A stretch of 64,000 nt of DNA, taken from assembly GCF_008831285.2 (NCBI RefSeq), contig NC_045138.2, positions 36,022,001 to 36,086,000 on the forward strand, read 5' to 3'. The DNA comes from Nymphaea colorata. Its lineage: Eukaryota. Below, in pieces: positions 53,033-64,000 of this stretch. Every line of letters begins with the position of its first letter. Position 1 is the stretch's first letter. Position numbers and translations under genes: made by a program. The notes beneath the pieces were generated by a model that ran no database searches, was not told where the DNA came from, and saw nothing but the letters and a program-made list of their open reading frames with translations.

Positions 53033-55713
53033 GGGCTTGCATCAATCATGTCAAGGAGGTCCATCTATGACATGTAGGCTGGAACCAGTCATTTGATGAA
53101 AATGGTGTTTTTATAGCACCATAATGTCTTTGTGCATTGTTTCAGTTGGTGCTTGTTTTGCAAGAGTTGCTTTTGGAAAATCATACCAAACGATGCAGAA
53201 TGGAGAAAGTTACTGTGGCTATGCATGCACGGTGTCATGATTACATTGCAGCAATTGATGCAGTTGTTTTAGCCATTATTTGAAATTTCCTGGTCTTTTA
53301 TTTGATGCACTATCATTGTCTTTCAAGTATGAGTCTTTCTTAAGGTTTGTTCTGAGAGAAATAATCAGCAGAAAGTGTGCATTTTGTTTGTCCTGTTTGA
53401 GGTTGATGTCATTGTTGAATCAGAACTGTATTGAATTATGACCTGAGAAAGAACTTCTACAGCAAACTTATCCCAGCTTATGCAGTTATGCTCAATTCTT
53501 ACTAAATGGTACTTTCTCACAGGGTTATCTCTATTTTTTTTGGTTGTGTCAATTATGAAAACTCTCTCTTTGGCCTCCGCTTCCCTCTTGTGTATAAAAT
53601 AAGATGGAAACATTCTTTATTGGTTATATGATGTGCTTGGTCGTTGACCATGCTCTTCTACTGGCAGTTTTCTGAGCCTTCTGAATTGAGCGGCAACCAG
53701 TAGCCACTTAGCATGGAATATTGAACTCTATATGATCTTGTGTAACATGTTACCTGCTCCACTGTTATGCTATCGAAATGTCTTTGTGTTGATCCTTTCT
53801 TTCATACTAAGTGTCCATGTCCCCTGCATTAAAAGAAATGATCCTCGTGGCATTGTTGTTTGCTAAAAGCGAAGCTGCCCGTTGGACAATTTGTGATCGC
53901 TTACAGATTTCTGGTTTCGTGAATGGTGGATTGGTTGCTGTCAGGTTTACAGTCTTTTTATTCAATCATTTGTCTGTCACAAAGACTTGGTTTGCAGGAA
54001 ACGGCTGCAGTAGTTGGCTGGTACTATTTATATGTGTTTATCGTGCCAAATTTTTTCCCTTAACAGAACCCCGGCTGGGAGAGTATATATATATAACTAT
54101 ATATATAACTATATATATAACTAGTCTTAAAATAGGACGACATTTTGAATTCCTTTTTCCTTTCTATGGTTCACCAATCATAGCGTGGAGAGAATGATTG
54201 TGAATAAAAAAAACTAAAAAATGATAAAAAGGGAAAATGTAAGTGCGAGCAGTAAATGGAAGGGTTGGAAATTTTAGTTTAAGTATATATATATATATAT
54301 ATATATATAAAGTTGGTAGGTACCAGACGACAATAAGACTTTTTAAATACATGTTTAAACAAAATTAGAAGCTTTTAATGTGTTATAAGCACGACTGTAA
54401 ATATAAATCATGCTGTACAATGTCATTTTTGTAAAAATAATTGATTTATATACTATCAACATTTTGACGTTATTAAAACAGTTTATTTTTTTTACTATTA
54501 AAAAATATTATTTAAGTAAAAAAATGGTTAACTTAATATTTGTTTCTTATCAGATCACTTTTAAGATCATATCAAGTTGAAATGAATGTGAGTGTTTATA
54601 TTCTGGTCTTCTTCAAAAAGAGGGAACTGCCGCCACTAACAGTTGAGAATTATTTATCAAGGAACCTCTTTATTTAATTGTTTATCTATTTTCCGACAGA
54701 TGTGCAGCGGTTAAGCAGATTCCTACCTGTTATTGAGAAACGCCCCTCTTTGCAAGGCCATTAATAATTTAATATGCGTATGTAGCCTTCACTTTTTTTT
54801 TAAAAATTTAAAATAATTTAAATTAGTCGATAAATGATATATTTATGAGGGATTGATAGAAACCATACCAATATGTGAGGGACAAAAATCAGACCCTTTA
54901 CATATGATATTTAATTTAAACTGTTTTTTTTAATCTAATAGGTTGATGATGCAATAATCATTTTTTTTGTTTTTAATTGTATTTCTACAATAAACAAAAA
55001 TGAATAGCTTCCGTAGCATCAACATTTTGATAATAGAACAATCTACACTTCTATTAAAAAAAAAAACTTGATTCAAAGCATGTTTTATATCAAAATAGTT
55101 TTTATAAATATATTAGGATGTTTATATTTTATTTTAAATTTATTTTTTTAGTAAAAAATTAAATGATCTTGTTTTTGTCCCTAAGTGTCTGTTTTGTATA
55201 TATAACCAATACAGTACTTATCGACTCATATGGGCCTCACATGAATCAATTATTAATAACAACGAACTCAGCTCAAGCTTAGTGAACTTGAGCTCAGCCC
55301 GACTTGGTATAGGATGGCCGGACCACAAGAGGATTTAAATTTCAAACTTACTAGCTAAAGAAGAGGCCACATAATAACATTGAAAAAGATCTAGTGTTAT
55401 ACAATCTCTAGCTGAGCTTACTCAAGCCAAAAGGAGCTGAGCTCGAAAACAAATGAGTTCAGCTTTTGATTCGAACCCGTCTCGTTCAATAGATGAGCCA
55501 AACTAGCGTAGCGTAGCGCGACCTCATTTTATCGAAACCTATTTACACGAAAAGCGGAAGGCTAAAAGCGGGGAGACCGAACTGACGAAGGTGAAGGCGC
55601 CCGTCGTCGGATTTCGGTTGTGAGTGATCCATTCTGACCTGATCCCTTTCTGACGATCGCGCCTCTTTCCCGCCCAATCCAGGTTCCATCTTTCTCGCCC
55701 AGGCAATGAGCGA

Positions 55714-58230
55714 ATGAAGGCCGGGCCGTTCCTCTCCGGCCTCCGGGAGGTAAAAACACGGCCTTCAGATGGTTTCACCGCCCCGGCGTCCGATCGAAAC
55801 GTCCCGGTGGCGGTGCCGCCGGACATGTATGGGATTCCTGGAGGGGGTCGACGTGAATCTGAATCTTCAACATTTGCGTCGGCTCCATGACATCTGGTGA
55901 ATTGGTAATGTCTAAGCATTCTCTGTATGATTGATTGAATTTCCTAGCTATTTGACGCTTCTTGAAGAGTCTTTCTCGGTGAAAAACGCAAGAGCACGGA
56001 TTGCGTTTATGATGTGATCTGCCAACTTAGCCTTAACTTTATTTTTTTTCTTTGTCATTCTTTTTCAAATTTTGATATTTAAGCGTATTAAGGTTCTGTC
56101 GTACGTCTTCATGTTTATTTTCGATTCAAACTGCTAGTACGGAAATGCTGAAACTACACTACTTTCTGTTCTGTCTTGTTTGCTCTTGCAAGTTCTTTGT
56201 CGTCACTCCCGTTTTCTTTATTCTCTGTTTTTCGAGTCATCGAATAAAGTTTTCTTTGCTGTGGAAGGCAAAAATGCACTCTTGCCTACATCTAGGACTG
56301 GTTTGAAGACGCTGGATTTCAGATCTACCTTGAGTTAGAGTCTTAGACATGGTGGCCGTGCTAAAAATGGAGGCAAACACGAAGTCTGAATTTCTCGCAA
56401 CAGATTTTCATTCATAGCTTGCCTGAAGTTTATGTATACGAATTATGGTTAGGAGTAGGAATATGTTTACCCATCTGAGGTCTTACGTTTGAGATGTTGA
56501 GCCCTAAGGTGCGTCATCAGGTTCATGAGGACTTCTTTTCCATCGAAGAAGTATAGTTAAGTTGAAAAGCAGCCTTGATTTTCCTGCGGCCATGAACCTT
56601 GTTCAGTTATGATCGAAGTTTGAACTTTGAACTGATGTTGTTCATACACGATTAGTGCCACCACTCATTCAGTATGCCTCTGGCAGATAGAACCAATGAT
56701 TTTGGTTGAACAAGGCTTGATGCACCGGAAGGACTACAAGGATAGACTACAATAAAATGCTTTCAAGTTGCATGTTAAGTGGTGGTCTGAATTTGGTCTA
56801 TGAAGTTAGCAGTCTGTAATAAAACCATTTCCCACAAGTAAATACAAAAACACATACACACACATATACAAATCCACTGAAATTTCGTCATAATTTTCTT
56901 CTTGAAAGTCATAATGATATACTTGCATGGAAAAAAGTGACACGGATTCATGTTTTACAACTGGACGATTAGCCTTGGAAGAACACTATGTGTTATGGTC
57001 GTTCCCTGCTTGTATTATTTGACCTACTCTTGAAAAGGTACTTTCGTCGTTCGGGATTAAATGCTGCCCCGAGACATTTTTTTCTTAAAGCCCAAAACGT
57101 TGCTCTTGTTAACTTTTGATGTGGAGCACCTGCTGCCGTGGCTTTTGCTTCGAATTAGAATACACAAAGCTCTATTGTTGTTTTCCATTTATGAGGGGAC
57201 TTTTTTGGCTTGTAGCTTTAATTTCCTATTTTCAGATTTGACAAGATATTGAAGAAGGAAATTCCCAGTACTGCGGTCTACGAGGATGATATGGTAATCT
57301 TTTACTACTTCACTTTCGATTGTTATCCAAAGAAGCTAGAATGGTTTTTATGTTCAGGTTATACCTGACGTATGTTAGATAAAGCAGTGTATTATGTACC
57401 TTTCATTGCACGTTCTGGAGAACTGTTTTTCTGACACTTTTTTTTCGCACAACAATTGCCTCTAGGCCACCTGTCTGGTGTCTCTATTGTTCTTTTTTAC
57501 TTATTAGTTGTCAATACAGTAAAGCTTAAAAAAACAAACTTTTTTGCAAGGAAATTTTGTTTTAAATGTCTTAACTGGTCTGTATTACAGGTTTATGCTT
57601 TCAGAGACATATGCCCCCAAGCTCCAACTCACATCTTAATCATCCCGAAGGTTAAAGATGGACTGTCTCAGCTCTCCAAGGTATCACATTATGTTGATGC
57701 TTAACAGAGGTTTGTTGTACCATGACCTCACTGATTTGGTAGGAAGAATTAATAACACCACCAAACTGAATATTTGTCAGAACTTTGAATACCATGGGTT
57801 CTGTTAATTTGGAACAAGATCAAGGCTGCAATTTACTCCCTACTGGGATTTAAGGTTTTTTTATCAACCAGAGGCTTCCAAAAGTATGATTGGTGATGGA
57901 CGAGCATTTGGTTCTTGGCTTAGCTAGAAAAGGAGAACCGTATTATTTCACCAGCTATTCCATTGATCTTTACATAGATGGTTCCACTGGCATTTTAAAT
58001 ATTTATCTCCCTTCTTAATGACTGGATATTGTGGATTGCTTTGCTTGCAGGCGGAGGACAGGCACCGTGAGATTCTTGGCCACCTCATGTACACTGCCAA
58101 GGTTATCGCCAAACAGGAAGGTCAAGATGGCTTCAGGCTTGTTATCAATGATGGACCGAGTGGCATTGAGGACAAAATGACAAATATAATAGCTATTGTA
58201 ATCAAACTTGACAAAGTTGTTCTTAGGTAA
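55714..58230 (+). pseudogene. HINT1: HINT1-like histidine triad nucleotide-binding gene truncated before the HIT-motif exon
   Basis: Clear exons 57236-57293 (FDKILKKEIPSTAVYEDDM), 57591-57680 (VYAFRDICPQAPTHILIIPKVKDGL) and 58051 onward (AEDRHREILG...FRLVINDGPSG); tentative exon 1 at 55714-55826 has the right phase (AT|gt). Homology stops near 58164 and the frame reads on to TAA at 58228-58230; no HxHxH exon found downstream. Confidence 0.7.
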
Positions 58231-58261
58231 CTTTTCTACTCATACAAGATTGGAAAATTAC

Positions 58262-58553
58262 CTGGAAAAGCTTCCAGTACAGATTTGTACGGTGAATCCT
58301 TCATTTGCATCTGTCTTCTCACAGTATCCAAAGGATAACACATGAGAGTAGCAAGAGCTGCTGATGCCAGCGCAGTGGCAAGTGACGATTCGGGTCGATT
58401 TTGGTACTTTGCAGGAAGAGATTTCTTAACCCTAATAAGCAAGAAGTAAACCATTTCAAGCTTAATTCATCTAGATCTCATGAAAAGATACCATATTTTC
58501 CAATAAGAAAAATGTAAACTCACAAGTCAAAAATGCAAAAGTTGATGGCGATA
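58262..58553 (-). pseudogene. Fragment of a mitochondrial-carrier-family gene (plastid ADP/ATP carrier, TAAC-like)
   Basis: Partial exon ending at 58524 (IAINFCIFDL), GT-AG intron, exon 58262-58431 (VKKSLP...LMCYPLDTVRRQMQM) with carrier signature P-x-D-x-x-R; other exons absent. Confidence 0.8.
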
Positions 58554-58559
58554 GTGGCC

Positions 58560-60150
58560 CATGCAATTATGTGCATCATTTAATCACAAAGCTATGGGAT
58601 ATTGAAATGAGTGTTGTTGACATCTCGAAGTGAAAAGTTTCTTGAGAAAAGACTTTCATGCTCTCTGTCGGGTTAGTGAGCAAAATTCAGATGACCATCC
58701 TTGTTTTGAATCCCATGCTAATAGTGACCTACCAAACAAATAAATTTTTTCAAGTCCCAACATCCTTTCTCGATCTTCACCTACACCACCACCCCTACCG
58801 CAATGTACTCACCTTATCAGTTATCACTACATGAACCATGAGGTTTGGTGAGGGATTTTACTGTCGTGAGAGATGGCGAGACTGTTGGCTGTTGCCACAT
58901 GCTATGGCAACCACCTCTGCCTGGTCGATTAACATGTGGTTGGCAAAAGGCTAACGCTCCTTCAAGATTTTCATTTGACTGCTCAACCTTATTTGGCTGC
59001 TCAAACTCGTCAGTGTCCCTATAGAGATTTTTTACATTAATATACAGTTTCTTCATGAGATGTGTTTGGAAGAACAAAGTTGCTATCTATTTGTTCATGA
59101 TCAACAATAAACATCTTAATTTCATCAAATCTGATGTCCACATAATTGTACAGACATTTGTATAATCGCCCAACATTTGAGACCCATTTTCATACGGACA
59201 ATATCCTAAAAATGACATTCAATGGCTCTCCTTTCTAACTTGTGTCTCGCATATGAAGATGGAAATATTATGTTTCCTTCCCCTTAAGAGCTCTACGGGT
59301 GACTGAAAGTTTAGTTTTCTGTTGGGTAATTAATGTATAATGTAACTTCGAGTTGCAAACATCTTCATCTTCATCAAAATTAGTTTAAGTACTCAACCTT
59401 GGAAAAGCAAGGCATAGATAACTTTAAAGAAGCATTGAATTCCCTTTTCAATGGTCCATCCTGTTGAGGAGTGCCAACCTATGTGGTTGATATTCCACCC
59501 AATGGCATAGTATTTGAATTTTTCCATTGAACTGAGGTTGAACAAGTTTGAGAAACTTACAAAGGAGACATAATATCTATACCCTCCATGAGAGATCAAG
59601 GGGGATGGACCCCAAACGTTGTAATATATCAACTCAAGACTACGAATAGTAGAACTTTCAAATATAGTAAATGGAATTGGAACGATATGTCCAAAATGAC
59701 ATATATAATAGCTATTACAATCAAACTTAACAAAAGGCATGAAGCTATGTTGAGATGTTCCGTTTAGATCACGACGTAGCTGCCCATCTTTTACATAGTG
59801 AAAGAGATGCAAGACCGGTTGCACAACCACCAAGAATGATCAAAGAAGATCATCTCCCTCAAATGGAAGAGTAAAGAAGTTTGAAAATGCAGGGTTTCTT
59901 AGGCCAGTAGCTCATTCAACATGGGTTTCAACTATTTATAGAAAATACAAGCGAACCTGGCTCTCATATCATATTGAGTCAAAGAGGTTAGCACAAAGAA
60001 TTAAGAAACTAACAAAAAGAAGCATTGAATAACAGAGCCACAAATTTAATGTGGTTCGATCACAAGAGGACACGCATCCCCGACAGCCAAGATGATCTAA
60101 CATAACAACCTTAGTTATATGCTTACAAGCAGCAAGCATCGACTTTATGT
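58560..60150 (-). mobile_element. Degenerate Ty1/copia LTR retrotransposon remnant (ends approximate)
   Basis: Integrase-like LELIYYNVWGPSPLISHGGYRYYVSF in ORF 59393-59833, LNFQSPVELL near 59300, and a degenerate tRNA-Met primer-binding site TGATATGAGAGCC at 59959-59971. Confidence 0.75.
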
Positions 60151-61409
60151 CGCTAACAACTTTCTTCTATAGATAAGGAAAAGCTATCAGAGCTGAATGA
60201 GAACTATCCTTGAATACTCTGCAAAAAATGAGGCCTATACCGGTGTTAGAACATCTACCCGTCAAATCCTCGTCGCCCCAAACATCCAGTAACGGTAGAA
60301 CAGTCGCCGACAGTGTCTATCGCGATGATGACGAAAAACATCGGCATCGATATTTAGCGATGAAAATATTTCACTTCTACCCGTCAAATAAAAAAAAATC
60401 GTTATAACGCAAATTTTCTTAACATTTTTACACAAAGAAATGTACATAAAACGTGAAGACATCAATATCAATATAAAAAGAAGTAGCAAAACAAGACTAC
60501 CATGATGTCACCCACAAATGCGTGGATGGTCACTTTATTATCCAAAGAAGTTGCGCCCTTGGGCGATTTTGTATTGTAAAAACATCCGTATTCGTTTATA
60601 CTGCATATTTGGTTCTTTGGCTGTAACAGGATGAGTCTAATCCCCGCAAGTTCCACTGGAAACTGGTATTCCGGCTTTTCTCAGACATACGGTTGTGAAA
60701 CCATGTGTCTTCATTGCAAATAGGCCCAGCTAAAGGAAAGAATCTCTCTTGGAAAATTAGATACTAACGGCTATCAAATCTACAAACGAGAAAACTTAGC
60801 ACGTGTTTTGTTTTTTAAGCTCTATTGGTTGACTGAAAGAGAGGTGTCAGCAAAACAGATTGCAAAGAAATGCACAACGGTGATACGGCCTGAGAGGACA
60901 AGGGAGTAGTGGGAGCGTCTGCTTGGAGTTCAGATTGGGGATTGGATGAACATGAACAAGGATGTTTGGCCTGCTCTTTTGCTGAGTTACTATGACGTCA
61001 AGTCAAGCACTGCTGCCATTAGAAAAAGTGACGGGAAACGACGACCGATTCAAATCGAAAGCTAAACCTGGTTCAAGAAAGCAATACTCGTTTTAACATT
61101 TCTGCAAAGGCGTGAACACCCCGGGATGCAAAGGCGTTTTGCACAGATAGTGGGCACTCAACAGTAAAATCCAATAAGTCCATTTCGAGTACCAAAGCGC
61201 ATAAAAGCTGGGAAATCCGAAGCCGAAAAGAATGAAAAAGAAATTCATGCACACGAACAGAAATCAAATGGTTCATGCTACAAAGTTTTCCTCCTCTTCC
61301 ATGAACCACTCGTACGTCTGAGCAACACAATAAAGGCTATTGGCCAAGTTACTACCAAAATCATTTGAAACTACAAAACGGAGATATTAGTCACTTCCGC
61401 TGTTTTCAC

Positions 61410-63835
61410 TCACTGCTCGCCAGGAATGCTTTTAATGATATCAGAATCGCCTGAAAACAAATATAACAGAGATATGAGAGCCACATCCACAACAGAAAAA
61501 CGCAACATGAATGGTCGGAGATCTACCCGGATCTGTAATGCCGAGACAACATACTCGAAAGTATTTACCACATGCAGTACCCAAGTCCACGTTATCTGAG
61601 AAAAAAATATATTAGAGTGAATCTGGGATCCTTACCCACTCTTCCAAGATCCAAGAGAGCAATGCAAGTAGCATTAACAACTTATGACTTAAATCCTGCA
61701 GGCCTATGTGCATGTCTGTGCAAGTGTGAAATTCATAACGAAATTTGGCAAAAACACAACAAATAACAGAATCAATCCCTTAATTGTAATAATTAATACA
61801 AACCATGCACTTCATATATCTGAAAAATAACCATGACTTGTTATTTGAAAATTGAAACCTGTGGGGAATCACTCATATAAACTTGTATTCTGTTGCAAAA
61901 GTGACAATTCGTCCAATGCCTTTTTTTCACCCAAAATCACAACAAATAAATGAACCGATCCCTTAATCGTGGTAACTAATTCAAAGTTCAAACCATGCAC
62001 TTCATATACCTCAAAAGTAACCATGACTTGACATTTGAAACCCATGTGGCATCACATCACTCGTATAAACTTGTTTTCTATGCAAAAATGACAACTCATC
62101 CCATGCCTTTTTTCACCCAAAATTGAGCTTCAGACAACTATCAGGAGATTGGACAAAAAAGTTCACCATGGATCAACACATTAAACTGACAAATTAATTC
62201 CCAAGTAACCTCATATGTGCCTACTGCCTACTACATCTGATAAGTACATTCAAGGAGAATGCGTAACATCTTAAATCTAAAAACCTTATAGCTTTTCATC
62301 TTTAACATTCACATTAGGAGAGCAATTCTAACATTTAGTAGATTACTTCCATAACATTTAGTTGCTTTCCTATGTAAGAACCAGCCCATCTATAATCTAA
62401 TACAATTTGAGTTTGCAGAATCCAAAATAGTCAAATCCAAAATGATCGTGTGGCGGTGAATCCTTTAAATCAACCAGCACTTACCACTTTTTGTTGTCTT
62501 AATTTATAAGTTTTGATATAATAAAAAAGCAATAGACATGGGAAATGGCTATGTTTCACAAAATTAATGGAGCCAGTGGATATTAGTAACAAATGCTGGG
62601 GTCTTGTTCACTACAAATCTAAAGAACCTTTAACATATCAAATCTAAAAACAGTACAATGCAGACAAACTTAAAAATGGGCTTGCTGCATAAATCGACAA
62701 CTAAAAAGTTCATCAATACTAGAAAACTAGATGCTCTGCACTCTTGAAAAGGATTAAAAATGGAAACGAAGGACAAACAGCAAAATATATATTGAGCAAA
62801 AGTGAGTATCTACTATCTAGACATTTGATCAACAGTGATGCAGAAGTACATAACACAATGTAAGTACAAAAGTACAACAAATCAATAAACTTACTCCCGT
62901 TGAAATGGTGTACTCCAACTTTTGCGAGCATGGCATAATACTCGATCTCAGACTTCCTGAGAGGCGGGCAGTTGTTTGCAATGATTATCAATTTTGCTGC
63001 CCACAACAACAGAGCATGTTCGATGAGTTTGAATGACAGTAACATTCACAAGGCAAGATGCACGGCCGACGTATATAAACAGTTATCAGGCATTGGAAGA
63101 GTGATCCTATCGACTTCACATGGATAAATTAAGATATTGCATTTCATCCCGGTAGGCATACTATTGAAGCTGATCTGACCTCAATAACTATTTTTAGATT
63201 AACTACGCTAGCAAACCATAATGGTGAACGCAAAGCAAAATCAGGATATAAAACCCCCGCACTAAAAAATAAAACATAAAAACCTGCAGGGCCCTAACAG
63301 AGTAAAACTAAAAACCACAGGCATGATATAATCCCCCCCCCCAGCCCGACAAAGAAGCAGGAGAAGAAGGCAGGTGTGTTTGTCATCGCGAATGATTTAT
63401 CAGGTACAAAATGCACACGAGCATATTATGCAGCAAGGATGCTGTCGCATGAAATATAAAGCGTAATCAGTTGTTTAACAAAAAAAATAAAAGAATATCT
63501 TCCCTGAGATTCATCGCAAAGAGACGAAGGAAAAAAAGGAAGAGCTAATTCACGAATTTCAGCGGAAGCCCTCGAAAGATGGGTACCTTTGGAGCTTCTG
63601 AGAGATCTCAGGACGGTCTTGTAGCCGAGAGTGTACTTCCCGCTCTTCATTACGAGAGCGAGTCGATTGTTGATGCTCTCGTGAGTCTTCTTCTAAAGAA
63701 TAGCAAACAAAAATACGTCCGCAATCAGATCGACAACAAAGGAAAGGGAGAAATGCGAGATATCGCGGTTAGACCGCCAAGAGAGAGGAGGGTTGGGAAG
63801 AGAGAGAGACTCACAGCCTTCTTGGTGGACGCCAT
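61410..63835 (-). CDS. RPL30: 60S ribosomal protein L30 (eL30)
   Basis: Exons 63815-63835 (MASTKKA), 63587-63692 ([25 protein letters not shown]), 62895-62996 ([16 protein letters not shown]), 61527-61595 ([14 protein letters not shown]), 61410-61450 ([12 protein letters not shown]). Confidence 0.97.
61755..62122. repeat. Diverged 2 x ~183-bp tandem duplication in RPL30 intron 3
   Basis: CAAACCATGCACTTCATATA, TAACCATGACTTG, TATAAACTTGT and TTTTCACCCAAAAT each occur twice in order. Confidence 0.85.
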
Positions 63836-63894
63836 GGCCGCCGTTCCTAGGGGACAAGGCTGGGAGACGAAAAGCCGAAGACGCCAAGAGACCC

Positions 63895-63902
63895 AAACCC
63901 TA
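63895..63902. promoter_or_regulatory. Telo-box upstream of RPL30
   Basis: AAACCCTA about 60 nt upstream of the ATG, typical of plant ribosomal protein genes. Confidence 0.75.
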
Positions 63903-64000
63903 GAACGACTCCCAAACCCTCAAACGACTCCCGCTTTTATGTTTGCAGATGGAGCCGCGGCCGGGCGTTTTACTCATCTGAAAGCCTTATACCTGAGACG

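Noticed and set aside
63465..63520. Possible C/D snoRNA in RPL30 intron 2 (GCGATGA...CTGA)
   Set aside because: Non-consensus C box, no terminal stem, U-rich interior without an evident rRNA guide.

Overview
Eukaryotic (angiosperm) nuclear DNA with GT-AG introns, MITEs and microsatellites; the species cannot be fixed from sequence alone. Left to right: a 25+-exon exportin-7/RanBP17 gene on the minus strand that runs off the left edge; two intact tandem copies of a signal-peptide-bearing (maize PAO1-type) polyamine oxidase plus a third remnant of only its 3' end; an intronless urease accessory UreF CDS with a uATG-rich leader; about 10 kb of repeat-containing intergenic DNA; a GAMYB/MYB33-like R2R3-MYB with a canonical miR159 site and the upstream stem-loops; a HINT1-like gene lacking its catalytic HIT exon, abutting an inverted carrier-gene fragment and a decayed Ty1/copia element; and RPL30 on the minus strand. 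I see no convincing wholly new biological system. The most notable signals are a sharply localised amino-acid divergence patch and a stop-codon loss between the PAO paralogs, readable duplication/repair junctions, the broken HINT chimera, and a second miR159-complementary 17-mer near the exportin promoter. All exon boundaries were read by eye.
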